Program-made: the position numbers and the translations under genes
DNA from: Verrucomicrobiota bacterium
Lineage (GTDB): Bacteria; Verrucomicrobiota; Verrucomicrobiia; Verrucomicrobiales; DEV007
Direction of reading: 5' to 3'
Length of the DNA stretch: 13,470 nt
Assembly: GCA_045046875.1 (NCBI GenBank)
Contig: JASFYY010000014.1
Coordinates: 1 to 13,470, forward strand
Shown: positions 1 through 9,372 of the stretch, piece by piece
Numbering within the stretch: the first letter of the stretch is position 1
Layout of the letters: each line of letters starts with the position of its first letter
Notes under the pieces: generated by a model
What the model saw: the letters and a program-made list of their open reading frames with translations, nothing else
What the model was told of the DNA's origin: nothing
Databases searched by the model: none

Positions 1-1
1 T

Positions 2-634
2 TCCTTTGCCGAATACTTCGACCCCGATCACATGGGTTTCAAATCATTAAGGGTGATGAACAACGACACCATCCAGCCGGGCGGAGGTTTTCCAAAACAC
101 CCCCACGACAACATGGAGATCTTCACTTACATCATCGAGGGACAATTGGAGCATCGTGATAGCATGGGCAACGGCACGATTATCGAAGCCGGCAATCTAC
201 AATACATGAGCGCTGGTAGCGGCATCCAGCACAGCGAGTTCAATCCCTCGCAAGAAAACCTCACCCATCTCTATCAAATCTGGTTACAACCTAACCAACG
301 CGACGGGGAACCTCGTTACGCCGAAAAACCCCTGGGCGAACTGACCAAGGCAAATCAACTGACCTTATTATTTTCTGCCGACGGCCGGGACGGCTCCACT
401 GCCATTCGTCAGGATGCTGAAATCTATTTAGGCAAGCTCGACCAAAATCAAATCATCTCCGTGCCCGCATCCACCTCAAGTCCGCACGCCTGGATCCAAG
501 TGATCTCCGGTGACATCTCGGTGCTCGGCGAATCCCTCACCACCGGTGACGGCCTGGCCATCGAAAACGCCGCTGACGAATTTTCAATCAAAGCGACGTC
601 TGACACCCAATTATTACTCTTCCGCCTCAGCTAA
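2..634 (+). CDS. Pirin family protein (YhhW-like, bicupin); 5'-truncated by the window edge
   Basis: The frame is open from base 2 (SFAEYFDPDHMGF...), matching the pirin N-terminal SFxxYxDPxxMGF motif, so the true start lies upstream of the window. The metal-binding motifs HPHxxMEI and GIxHSEFN are present, as is QIW. Confidence 0.93.
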   Translation, partial: SFAEYFDPDHMGFKSLRVMNNDTIQPGGGFPKHPHDNMEIFTYIIEGQLEHRDSMGNGTIIEAGNLQYMSAGSGIQHSEFNPSQENLTHLYQIWLQPNQRDGEPRYAEKPLGELTKANQLTLLFSADGRDGSTAIRQDAEIYLGKLDQNQIISVPASTSSPHAWIQVISGDISVLGESLTTGDGLAIENAADEFSIKATSDTQLLLFRLS

Positions 635-675
635 GCCCCTTGCCACCAATCACAAAGAACAAAAACAAACACTCT

Positions 676-1062
676 ATGAAAAACAAAATCGACAACATCG
701 CCGGAGGCCTGCTGGGTCTGTTATTCCTCATATTTGCCGCGAACTTTTTCCTCCACTTCATCCCCATGCCACCATTACCGGAGGGCACACCCGCTGCGGC
801 TTTCATGGGCGCGATGTACGGCGCAGGTTACCTGACCTTTGTCAAGGTAATCGAAATCATCGGAGCCCTACTGATCGCCATTCCCAAAACCCGCAATCTC
901 GGCCTGCTCTTCCTCGGCCCCATCGTGATCAACATTCTGGCATTCCATACATTCCTCACCGGAGGCCATGGACTGACCGACCCACCCGTCATCCTCATCA
1001 CCCTACTTTCTGCTTTCCTTCTTTGGTCAGGTCGTTCATCATTCGCCAAGCTCATCAATTAA
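676..1062 (+). CDS. DoxX-like small membrane protein
   Basis: About 128 aa with roughly four hydrophobic segments and the motifs GYLTFVKVIEIIGALL and LGPIVINILAFH typical of DoxX-family proteins. The ATG at 676 is preferred over the TTG at 640. Confidence 0.75.
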   Translation: MKNKIDNIAGGLLGLLFLIFAANFFLHFIPMPPLPEGTPAAAFMGAMYGAGYLTFVKVIEIIGALLIAIPKTRNLGLLFLGPIVINILAFHTFLTGGHGLTDPPVILITLLSAFLLWSGRSSFAKLIN

Positions 1063-1074
1063 CAAACCTTCAGC

Positions 1075-1953
1075 ATGCATCCCAACGAACTCTCCGAACT
1101 CAGCGACTTCCAACTGCTCGACTTACGTTTGCCTGATGATTATGAGGCAGTTCACCTAGCAGCAGCACTTAACAACTGCGTCTTCGAAGTTTCTTTCATC
1201 GATCAGCTTGAAAAAACCGCGCCCAATCCCTCGTTGACTACTCTGGTTTATGGCGCCAACGATGACAGCATGGAAGCCGCCGTTGCGGTGGAAAAAATGC
1301 AGCAGGCCGGTTATACGGATGTGCAAATTCTGGCAGGCGGCTTCCAGGCGGCCCGACAAGCGGGCCTGCCCATCGTGACAGGCAAGCCCTTGCCTGATAC
1401 AGCACAGCTGACTGACGGAAGGCATGCTATCAACCTGGAAGAATCCAGCCTCGAATGGCTGGGGCGCAACTTGCTGAACAAACATTGGGGCACCGCACCG
1501 ATCGAATCCGGTCATCTCGAGTTTTGCGACGGCAAGCTGACAAGCGGCGAGTTCGTCATCGATTTGCAACAGATGGCATGCAGCGACTTAAAAAACAGCG
1601 ATCTTCACGACATTTTGATCGACCATCTGCATAGTGATGATTTTTTCGACGTCAAAAACCATCCCAAGGCCACTTTTACGCTAAAAAACTCATCGCCTCT
1701 GAACAACAGCTCACCGGGAGCTTGCAACCTCGCCATCACTGGCGAATTAACCCTGCGAGGACAAACCCACCCGATTGAATTCGAAGCCGCCGTCGGTCTG
1801 ACCCCCGAAGGGCAACCTGCTGCGCAAGCCAGCTTTTCAATCGACCGTACCCAATGGGGAATCCTCTACGGATCAGGCAAGTTTTTCCACCGCCTCGCCG
1901 GACACCTGGTCAACGACTTACTCGAATTCCAAATCAAAATACTCACCCACTGA
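1075..1953 (+). CDS. Rhodanese-like domain fused to a YceI (polyisoprenoid-binding) domain
   Basis: The N-terminal part has LLDLRLPDDYEAVHL and GYTDVQILAGGFQA...AGLP (rhodanese signatures). The C-terminal part has HWG, HLHSDDFFDVKNHPKATF, GELTLRGQTHPI and IDRTQWGI (YceI signatures). Confidence 0.85.
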   Translation: MHPNELSELSDFQLLDLRLPDDYEAVHLAAALNNCVFEVSFIDQLEKTAPNPSLTTLVYGANDDSMEAAVAVEKMQQAGYTDVQILAGGFQAARQAGLPIVTGKPLPDTAQLTDGRHAINLEESSLEWLGRNLLNKHWGTAPIESGHLEFCDGKLTSGEFVIDLQQMACSDLKNSDLHDILIDHLHSDDFFDVKNHPKATFTLKNSSPLNNSSPGACNLAITGELTLRGQTHPIEFEAAVGLTPEGQPAAQASFSIDRTQWGILYGSGKFFHRLAGHLVNDLLEFQIKILTH

Positions 1954-1978
1954 TCTCGATCAATAATACTTCTCTGTC

Positions 1979-2503
1979 ATGAAAATACTCGCTTTTGCAG
2001 CATCAACCAGCTCCACCTCCATCAATCGTCAACTCGCCAATCACGCTGCCGCTCAAATCACTGACGGCGAAGTGACTGAACTTGATTTGCGTCAATTTGA
2101 TCTCCCGATTTACAGCTCGGACGAAGAGGAGAACCAGGGCATCCCCGCCGCCGCTCACACATTCAAAGACTTGATCCTCGCTCATGACGGCATCGTATTG
2201 TCCCTTGCAGAACACAATGGCACCTACAGCGCCGCTTTTAAAAATCTCTACGATTGGACTTCGCGCATCGATGCCAAGGTTTGGGTGGACAAAGCCATGC
2301 TGTTACTAGCCACTTCGCCAGGAGCGCGCGGCGGAGTCACCGTGCTCGAAGCAGCCAAAGCCACTTTCCCCAGAATGGGCGCCGATTTGAAAGCCGACTT
2401 CAGCCTGCCTTCTTTCTATGATAACTTCTCTCCAGACAAAGGCATCACCGATAACAAACTCGCTGCCGACCTCAGTAAGGCCATTCAAATTTTCTGCAAA
2501 TAA
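1979..2503 (+). CDS. NADPH-dependent FMN reductase (flavodoxin-like fold)
   Basis: The motifs KILAFAASTSSTSIN, EHNGTYSAAFKNLYDW and ATSPGARGG match the FMN_red family. Confidence 0.9.
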   Translation: MKILAFAASTSSTSINRQLANHAAAQITDGEVTELDLRQFDLPIYSSDEEENQGIPAAAHTFKDLILAHDGIVLSLAEHNGTYSAAFKNLYDWTSRIDAKVWVDKAMLLLATSPGARGGVTVLEAAKATFPRMGADLKADFSLPSFYDNFSPDKGITDNKLAADLSKAIQIFCK

Positions 2504-2512
2504 AATTCCGTC

Positions 2513-4060
2513 ATGAACAAACCAACCATCGCCGCTAACAAACCCATTCCCGTCGAGCTCAAAGCCGGGCAAGAATATTATTACTGCACCTGCGGTAAAT
2601 CGGCCAATCAACCCTTCTGTGACGGCTCGCACAAAGGCACCGACTTTGTCCCCAAGGCTTTTGTCGCCGAAGAAGACGGCGACGCCTACCTTTGCCAATG
2701 CAAACAAACGGCCAATGCTCCCTTCTGCGACGGTTCCCATGCCAACGTCCCTGACGATCAAATCGGTAAGGAATTCGCCCTCGAAGTCGCTGCCGACCCC
2801 GACGCCATGCCCGAGGCCACACCCACACCGGAGGAACCCAGCGTTGCTTTCATTCATCAACTCGCCAAGGAAGGGCTGAGCAAACTGGGTCACCACGGCC
2901 CCATGGACGCCATGGGTGTGCCGCGCTTTGAATTACCCGATTGGGATGGCATCCAAATGATGGTCGCCCAACTCGCGCGCAAACCACTGATGGAAGACGT
3001 CCGTGTCGGCACCGAGCTCATCATCGGCCCCGAAGCCAAAAAGCCCCTGCAATTGGACATCCCCTTGTTTGTCAGTGACATGAGCTTCGGCGCACTTTCA
3101 GAAGAAGCCAAAACCGCCATGGCCAAAGGCGCTGAACTCGCCGGAACCGGAATTTGTTCGGGTGAAGGCGGCATGCTGCCCGATGAACAACAAGCCAACA
3201 GCCGTTATTTTTATGAACTCGCCTCAGCCAAATTCGGCTACGAAGAATCACTACTGAGTCGGGTGCAGGCCTTCCATTTCAAGTGCGGACAGGGAGCCAA
3301 AACCGGCACCGGCGGTCACCTGCCCGGCAATAAAAACGTCGGACGTATCTCGGAAGTGCGCGGTATCCCCGAGGGCCAGTCTGCCGTTTCACCACCTACT
3401 TTTACTGATCTCAGCAGCGTCGATGATTTTAAAAATTTCGCCGACCGGGTGCGGGAGATCAGCGGAGGCATTCCCATCGGTTACAAACTCAGCGCCCAAC
3501 ACATCGAACGCGATATCGACTTCGCGCTCGCCGGCGGAGCCGATTACATCATCCTCGATGGCCGTGGCGGCGGCACCGGAGCCGCTCCCCTGTTGTTCCG
3601 CAACCACATTTCCGTACCGACCATCCCGGCCCTGGCACGCGCCCGCCACCATCTCGACAAAGCCGGTGCCAGTGGACGGGTCACCCTCATCATCACCGGT
3701 GGCCTGCGCACCCACAACGACTTCATCAAAGCCCTCGCCTTGGGCGCCGACGGAGTAGCGGTGGCCAATTCCGCGATGCAAGCCATCGGCTGCATTGGAG
3801 CCCGCATCTGCAATACCAACCTCTGCCCCGCCGGAATCGCCACCCAGAAACCCGAGCTGCGCAAAAAACTCAAAGTCGAAGCGGCAGCACAACAACTGGG
3901 CAATTATTTCGCCGCCACCACCGAACTGATGCAAGTCATGGCCCGCGCCTGCGGCCACAACCACTTGAATCAGCTCAACAAGGACGACCTCGCCAGCTGG
4001 GATAAATCCCTCGCCGAACTGGCCGGCATCGAATACTCAGGATTCGATCCTGCAAGATAA
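2513..4060 (+). CDS. Glutamate synthase-related FMN-binding protein with two N-terminal CDGSH iron-sulfur domains
   Basis: Two CDGSH motifs (CTCGKSANQPFCDGSH and CQCKQTANAPFCDGSH). GltB FMN-barrel motifs MSFGALS, SGEGG, GQGAKTGTGGHLPG and DGRGGGTGA. A [3Fe-4S]-type Cys motif CIGARICNTNLCPAGIATQ. No glutamine amidotransferase domain. Confidence 0.92.
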   Translation: MNKPTIAANKPIPVELKAGQEYYYCTCGKSANQPFCDGSHKGTDFVPKAFVAEEDGDAYLCQCKQTANAPFCDGSHANVPDDQIGKEFALEVAADPDAMPEATPTPEEPSVAFIHQLAKEGLSKLGHHGPMDAMGVPRFELPDWDGIQMMVAQLARKPLMEDVRVGTELIIGPEAKKPLQLDIPLFVSDMSFGALSEEAKTAMAKGAELAGTGICSGEGGMLPDEQQANSRYFYELASAKFGYEESLLSRVQAFHFKCGQGAKTGTGGHLPGNKNVGRISEVRGIPEGQSAVSPPTFTDLSSVDDFKNFADRVREISGGIPIGYKLSAQHIERDIDFALAGGADYIILDGRGGGTGAAPLLFRNHISVPTIPALARARHHLDKAGASGRVTLIITGGLRTHNDFIKALALGADGVAVANSAMQAIGCIGARICNTNLCPAGIATQKPELRKKLKVEAAAQQLGNYFAATTELMQVMARACGHNHLNQLNKDDLASWDKSLAELAGIEYSGFDPAR

Positions 4061-4065
4061 ACAAA

Positions 4066-4088
4066 GCAGCGCGGGTTTTCCCACCCGC
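4066..4088 (+). repeat. Degenerate REP-like hairpin just after the CDGSH/glutamate-synthase gene; possible terminator or mRNA stabiliser
   Basis: GCAGC-GCGGG-ttttccca-CCCGC forms a 5-bp GC stem preceded by GCAG, one change from the GTAG REP tetranucleotide. Confidence 0.35.
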
Positions 4089-4183
4089 CGAACAAGAGCA
4101 AACTCCCGCCAACTAATAAACAAAAAATGTGTCATCAACACAAATCACACAACCCATCGTAAAAGACGTCATCCTATAAAAAA

Positions 4184-4254
4184 TCAGTGTTTATCAGTGG
4201 TTTAAAAACATTATACCCACTGATGAACACTGAGAGGCACTGAGAGGCACTGAG
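4184..4254. repeat. Inverted repeat combined with a 10-bp tandem repeat between convergent genes
   Basis: tcagtgtttatcagtgg (4184-4200) is the reverse complement of ccactgatgaacactga (4217-4233) with one mismatch. The right arm continues as 10-bp units: cactgatgaa, cactgagagg, cactgagagg, cactgag (4218-4254). Confidence 0.85.
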
Positions 4255-4354
4255 CAAGCCCTTTATTTAGCTGGAGAAAATATATCACCAAAGTTCTGAT
4301 TTGCGATCTCCTTATTACTGGACAACAGGAGCGATCGCTCCGGCTGCCTTCGCA

Positions 4355-7300
4355 TCACCCAACAATCCGCAAATCCCCATAACCGTTGCTCGACTTGCTA
4401 ACCTGTATCTGCGCACCAATGCGTTGTTTGAGTGCGTCCACATGAGAAATGATACCAATGGTGCGATTGGACAAACGCAAATTCTCCAAAGCTGCGAGGG
4501 CGATATCCAAGGTATCCGTATCAAGCGTACCAAAACCTTCATCGATAAAAAGACTCTCAATCCGGGTTTCACTGCCTGCTAAATCAGAAAGCCCCAGCGC
4601 CAACGCCAGACTGATCAAAAACGATTCACCCCCGGAAAGACTGCGGGTAGGGCGCACCGCGTCGCCTTGATACAAGTCGACGATCACCAAACCTAAATCA
4701 CTATCCGAAGCGCGCTGAATCTGATAGCGATCATTAAGGTCGACCAAATGACGGTTAGCCAGGCTTAATAACTGCGTCAGGGTCAAGCCCTGCGCATATT
4801 TCGAAAAGGTATCACCTGTAGCCGAACCAATCAGGCTATTCAATTCCACCCATGACCTCGCATCTTCAGTCAATCGCTCGATTTTTTCTATTTGGCCGAC
4901 CTGGGAAGCGCGGGCTTCTTTGTCTTGTTGCAACAATAAATCAATTTCTCCTATTCCCTGGTTCAGTTGAGCCTGCTGTTCATTCTGATCAGCAAGCTCA
5001 CTTTTCAAAACCGTGATTTCATCCTCATCCACACGACTCAGTTGCTCTAACTTTCTCAGTTCTTTTTCGATTTGCTCTATCTGGGCTTGCAGACGGGTTC
5101 GGCGATGAGCCAAATCCTCCGCCTTCTGCATGAGCTCGCTCAGCTGCTCTTGCTCCAAACGAGCCGTTATTAATTCCCCTATACTAGAAAATGCCGAACC
5201 TTGTAAAGCTGTTTCAAGCGCTGCCGTATCAGCTAGAACCGCTTCCTTGCGCCCTTGCTCATCCTTGCGCTTTTGCTCCAACAAATGAGCGCTGCGATTG
5301 ACCGCATCCCCGGCTTCTTCACAACGTTTTCTCCGCTCCGCGCCATCCCCGGAGATCTGGCCATCCACACCACGGCTCTGCCCAACCAATTCCAGCTTGC
5401 CCAATTCGCTACGCCAAATTTTAAGCTCGTCCTCCAGCCGCTTGATCTCATCGGTCAGTGACAACAGCTGCCGTTTTAGTTCCTCACCGTCCTGCTGACA
5501 AGTTTCACGCTGCTTGACCTGCGCTTGATACACAGAATACCGCTCTTCGAGAACATCTGCACGATCCTTGGTTTCACCTGCTAATGAAATCGGCTCAGCA
5601 AATTTCCCCAGCTCTTGATTAAAGCGCTCAACCTGCTTCGCTATTTCCCCTTCACACAAAGTGATTCCTTCACCCAGGTTTTGTTGCTCTTGCGCCAGCT
5701 TACTTTTTGCCTGCTGCAAACTTTGCACCTCCGTCGCCATTACCCGCAAGTCGGCTTGTTGTTTTTTGCTAAATTCCACTGACTTCCTCTGGCCTTCGTC
5801 CAGCTGCTCAAGTTGACTGAGCTTTTTCCCCACCGCGCCGCCTGCTTCCTCCAGCACCGCCATCCATTGCTCGAAAATTTCCTGCGTATCAATCCCTCCC
5901 TCATAAGCCAGCGCTTTAGCTCCCGCCTCAAAACGGACCACTTCTTGCTGTAATGCCTGCTGCAAATCATCCAGGCGCTCTTGCCCGTATTTGAAATCCT
6001 TGCCAGCTTCAATCGCCTTTTTCGATTGCTCATCCAACTCTGCACTCGCCTGTGCCAATACATTATTTTGATCGTCCCGCGCCTTGCGATCAAGATTTTC
6101 ACTATGCCCGATCTCTCCCCCATAAGGGTGATCCTGCGCCCCACAAAGCGGGCACGCTTCCCCTTCTTTCAGATCCGCACGGTGCTCATCGAACGACGCT
6201 ATCTTCAAAGCTTGTTGAAAAATCCGCTCTTTATCCTCCAACACCGCCTGCTCATTCTCAAGCCTCTCCTGCTGCTGCTCATACTTCAAACGCGCCTGCT
6301 GATGTGCCTCACTTAATTCCGGAAGCCCCTGCTTCAGCTGTTCATATTGCTCATTTTTCCCTACCCATTGCTCACGCAGTATTTTTACATGCCGCGCCTG
6401 CTCACCCCTTGTCCGTTGCTCAGCCACCAAACCCCTCCAATGCTGAATACCATACCCATCAGACAATTGCTCGAAGTCAGACCTGGCTTTCTCAGCCTGC
6501 TCTCCGGCGATTTTTACCGCTGCTTTTGCCGTATCTTGCGCTGACGCTCTCTCTGCCAGGTTTCCCTCAGCCTGTCGTGCTTCTTGAACCAGCTGCTGCA
6601 AGCGCCCTTGCAAACTTGACCGCTCCCGCTCCCCTGAGCGGATAGACTCTCCCAAAGGCCTAATCGCCTGCAAAACTTTATCAAGGTTTTTGTCATCAAC
6701 ATGAGACTGCAACCAGTCATCCAGCTGAACCTTTAACTCACTGTTTTTTTCCTGGCTTAGTTCCAATTCAGTCAGCCCTGCCCGCCTAGTCTCCAGCTCC
6801 AATTTAACAAAATCAGCCGTCGCAACAAGTAAACCTCCCGCATGCTCTTGTTGTTGTTTATTTTCCTCTGCCAGACGCCCCACTTGCTGGCGCAATTTTT
6901 CCCGCTCGTTTTTATGACTCTCAAGCTGTAACCACGCCGCGTGAAAAGACAAAGTCGCTTCATGTCGAAGCAAACGTCCACGCTCGACCTCAAAAGCACT
7001 CTCCTCTACCTTCCACTGCGCCAAACCTTGCTGCAATCCCACCAATGACTGCCCCTGTTTGATGAAATCTTCCGAAGCCTTGATCTTGCCAGTCAACTCT
7101 GTCTGCGCAGCTTCCAAGTCTGACAAAATTTTCTTTTTCTCTTTTTTCTCTTGTCGCAAAATTCCCAACTCATCCTCACTTTTGAGCTCAAGTCCCTCCA
7201 TAAGCTGCCGAGCCAAAGTAATCTCCGCATTCTTTTCAGACTGAATCTGATAGGCCTTTTTACCAATATCAGAATAGATCTCCGTGCCGGTGATCTTCTC

Positions 7301-7813
7301 CAACAACTCCCCGCGATCCTTGTCACTCGCATCGAGGAACTCCTTGAAATGCCCTTGCGCTAACAAAACAGAACGCAAAAAACGCATGTAATTCAGCCCG
7401 GTCAGCTCCTCCACCAAGTCGTCGGCTTCTCTGACTTTCTCCGCTAAAATATCCCCCGAACCGTGCTCGGAAATTTCCCGTTTCATGGACTGCACTTTTC
7501 CGTCCGGTTTTTTATGTGCTCGGGCAAGTTGCCACTTGGCCCGATAGCGCCCTTCCTTACACTCGAACAACACCTCAGCAGAACACTCACCCGTGCCACG
7601 AGTCATCATCTCTTCGGGTTTTTCGTTTTCATAACGCGCCGCTTTGCCAAAAAGCGCCAAGGTGATCGCATCCAGAATCGTACTCTTGCCCGACCCTGTC
7701 GGCCCGGTGATGGCAAATATACCCGCCTCACCAAGCAAGCCGTTCTCAAAATCAATGCTGTTCTCACCCTTGAGCGAGTTCAGATTCAGTAAAGTGACTT
7801 TTAATATCTTCAT
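4355..7813 (-). CDS. sbcC: Exonuclease SbcCD subunit C (Rad50-like SMC ATPase)
   Basis: Walker A GPTGSGKS, Q-loop region LLAQGHF, long coiled coils with a central zinc hook CPLCG, signature LSGGESF and Walker B/D-loop FIDEGFGTLD. The start overlaps the sbcD stop (ATGA, 7810-7813). Confidence 0.96.
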   Translation of the reverse strand: MKILKVTLLNLNSLKGENSIDFENGLLGEAGIFAITGPTGSGKSTILDAITLALFGKAARYENEKPEEMMTRGTGECSAEVLFECKEGRYRAKWQLARAHKKPDGKVQSMKREISEHGSGDILAEKVREADDLVEELTGLNYMRFLRSVLLAQGHFKEFLDASDKDRGELLEKITGTEIYSDIGKKAYQIQSEKNAEITLARQLMEGLELKSEDELGILRQEKKEKKKILSDLEAAQTELTGKIKASEDFIKQGQSLVGLQQGLAQWKVEESAFEVERGRLLRHEATLSFHAAWLQLESHKNEREKLRQQVGRLAEENKQQQEHAGGLLVATADFVKLELETRRAGLTELELSQEKNSELKVQLDDWLQSHVDDKNLDKVLQAIRPLGESIRSGERERSSLQGRLQQLVQEARQAEGNLAERASAQDTAKAAVKIAGEQAEKARSDFEQLSDGYGIQHWRGLVAEQRTRGEQARHVKILREQWVGKNEQYEQLKQGLPELSEAHQQARLKYEQQQERLENEQAVLEDKERIFQQALKIASFDEHRADLKEGEACPLCGAQDHPYGGEIGHSENLDRKARDDQNNVLAQASAELDEQSKKAIEAGKDFKYGQERLDDLQQALQQEVVRFEAGAKALAYEGGIDTQEIFEQWMAVLEEAGGAVGKKLSQLEQLDEGQRKSVEFSKKQQADLRVMATEVQSLQQAKSKLAQEQQNLGEGITLCEGEIAKQVERFNQELGKFAEPISLAGETKDRADVLEERYSVYQAQVKQRETCQQDGEELKRQLLSLTDEIKRLEDELKIWRSELGKLELVGQSRGVDGQISGDGAERRKRCEEAGDAVNRSAHLLEQKRKDEQGRKEAVLADTAALETALQGSAFSSIGELITARLEQEQLSELMQKAEDLAHRRTRLQAQIEQIEKELRKLEQLSRVDEDEITVLKSELADQNEQQAQLNQGIGEIDLLLQQDKEARASQVGQIEKIERLTEDARSWVELNSLIGSATGDTFSKYAQGLTLTQLLSLANRHLVDLNDRYQIQRASDSDLGLVIVDLYQGDAVRPTRSLSGGESFLISLALALGLSDLAGSETRIESLFIDEGFGTLDTDTLDIALAALENLRLSNRTIGIISHVDALKQRIGAQIQVSKSSNGYGDLRIVG

Positions 7814-9018
7814 GAATCCCCCCCTTCCTGCACCTCATTCAGCACATGATTAAAACACTGCTTGAGCACCTCTTTCCCGACATCCCCCTGGTAATCCTCA
7901 ATCCGTTTATCAAACACCTGCGACGGCTCCCATTCATTGATCGTGACCGTCACCTCTCCACTGATTGGGTCAAAAGACGCCGCTTGTTTTTTTCTACCAA
8001 CCTTCAACACCTCTGCCCCGGCCTCATCGGCAATCTCCCGAATCTGATCATTAATCGCCGGGCTGATATCCCCCTCGCTCAAGGTAACTTCAATCCAAGG
8101 ACAGAGCTCATTTTTTCCAATCTTAAGCGCTGAAATAGCTGCCGACACTTGATCAAGGCTACCCTCCAAACTTAACAAGCGCCGCGCGAGAGGAACCATG
8201 ACCTCCTCTTGCTGCAGCTGATGATCTTTTGTTATCGTCAGCAACCGTAGTTGCTTATTTTCCGACTCGGAAAAACTCAACGGAATCGGGCTGCCTGAAT
8301 AACGAATATTCTCATTGCCGCCCACCTGCTGCGGGTGATGCAAATGCCCCAAAGCCACGTAGTCAAAACCTTCGCTGAACTGATCCGCTCCGATGCTACC
8401 CAGCTTACCAATATGAATGCTGCGCTCACCGTCCGAGAAATCCCCACCAACAGCCGTCAGATGCCCGGTTGCAATCACCACTTCATCCGGCAGCTTTTCT
8501 TTGCTGACCAGCTCGGCCATCTCTCGGTAAACTTCGACAATGCCCGCCTTGGTGCGTGCCTCCATCGCATCGTAACTCTCTCCCTCCACCGCACGCCGCA
8601 CATCCCGATCCCGCAAAAAAGGAACCGCCGCCACACAGAGTCGCCGGCCATCCTTTTCAAAATGCAGGATCGCATCGGACAAATTCTCCGGCACTTTTCC
8701 TATCACATGAGTGCGCAAGTGGGCCAGCACCGGACTAGACGCCTCCAGGTGCAGCGCCGAATCGTGATTTCCGCCTACGATCACCAGTTCACAATGCTGC
8801 AAAGCAAACAAACGCGTGATGAAATCAAAATAAAGCTGCTCCGCCGCCCGCGGGGGATTAGCCGTATCAAAAATGTCTCCCGCAATGATCAGCAGATCAA
8901 CCTTCTTCGCCTCAATGCACTGCAACAGAAAATCAACAAAGACCCGCTGCTCCTGCAAGCGATCCCGCCCATAGAAATTCTGGCCCAAATGCCAATCTGC
9001 TGTATGAATAATTTTCAT
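7810..9018 (-). CDS. sbcD: Exonuclease SbcCD subunit D (Mre11-like metallophosphoesterase)
   Basis: Motifs HTADWHLG, AGDIFD, GNHDS, TGHL, YVALGHLH and RYSGSPIPLSFSE; immediately upstream of sbcC. Confidence 0.96.
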   Translation of the reverse strand: MKIIHTADWHLGQNFYGRDRLQEQRVFVDFLLQCIEAKKVDLLIIAGDIFDTANPPRAAEQLYFDFITRLFALQHCELVIVGGNHDSALHLEASSPVLAHLRTHVIGKVPENLSDAILHFEKDGRRLCVAAVPFLRDRDVRRAVEGESYDAMEARTKAGIVEVYREMAELVSKEKLPDEVVIATGHLTAVGGDFSDGERSIHIGKLGSIGADQFSEGFDYVALGHLHHPQQVGGNENIRYSGSPIPLSFSESENKQLRLLTITKDHQLQQEEVMVPLARRLLSLEGSLDQVSAAISALKIGKNELCPWIEVTLSEGDISPAINDQIREIADEAGAEVLKVGRKKQAASFDPISGEVTVTINEWEPSQVFDKRIEDYQGDVGKEVLKQCFNHVLNEVQEGGDS

Positions 9019-9256
9019 AAATTAATACCACTGCCTTGCCCTCTTCCTATATCGCCAGCACCAGCCCACGTCCACCGCATAAACCCCCGGCAAAACGACA
9101 AAGCCCTCCAAAGCCAACTCCCCAACACCTTAGCCGCCAGGGTCGGACACCTACGGGGATATCCAGCGAAAAACTTTCAATTTCCATGTTAAGGCCTCAT
9201 TTATCCCCGTCACCCTACACAAAAACAACATCTCGGCCCATTTTGAGCAATTTCTC

Positions 9257-9290
9257 TTGAAGCCAGGCAAAAGCAGAGTAAGATCCGCCC
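9257..9290 (+). promoter_or_regulatory. Putative sigma70-type promoter of tRNA-Val
   Basis: TTGAAG (9257-9262), a 16-bp spacer, TAAGAT (9279-9284) and a GC-rich discriminator CCGCCC, ending 7 bp before the tRNA. This layout is typical of stable-RNA promoters. Confidence 0.5.
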
Positions 9291-9297
9291 AGATCAT

Positions 9298-9372
9298 GCG
9301 CGAATAGCTCAGCGGTAGAGCATCTCGTTTACACCGAGGCGGTCGGGGGTTCAAATCCCTCTTCGCGTACCA
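9298..9372 (+). tRNA. trnV: tRNA-Val (anticodon TAC)
   Basis: Cloverleaf: acceptor stem GCGCGAA/TTCGCGT (G1-U72 wobble), D arm GCTC-AGCGGTA-GAGC, anticodon arm TCTCG-TT TAC AC-CGAGG, T arm GGGGG-TTCAAAT-CCCTC, discriminator A and an encoded CCA. Confidence 0.97.

Noticed and set aside
640..675. TTG start extending the DoxX-like ORF
   Set aside because: The extension is A-rich, low-complexity sequence resembling a translation-initiation region; the ATG at 676 is more plausible.
2513..4060. Full glutamate synthase large subunit gltB
   Set aside because: At 515 aa it lacks the amidotransferase, central and GXGXG domains.
4355..9018. SMC-based defence system (Wadjet or Lamassu)
   Set aside because: The canonical SbcD nuclease plus zinc-hook SbcC pair, with no kleisin, KITE or effector genes, is ordinary sbcDC.
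510..9192. Numerous alternative-frame and antisense ORFs in the track (e.g. 510-1136, 2306-2896, 3389-3964, 6052-6645, 8335-9192)
   Set aside because: They are shadows of well-supported genes and carry no independent domain signatures.
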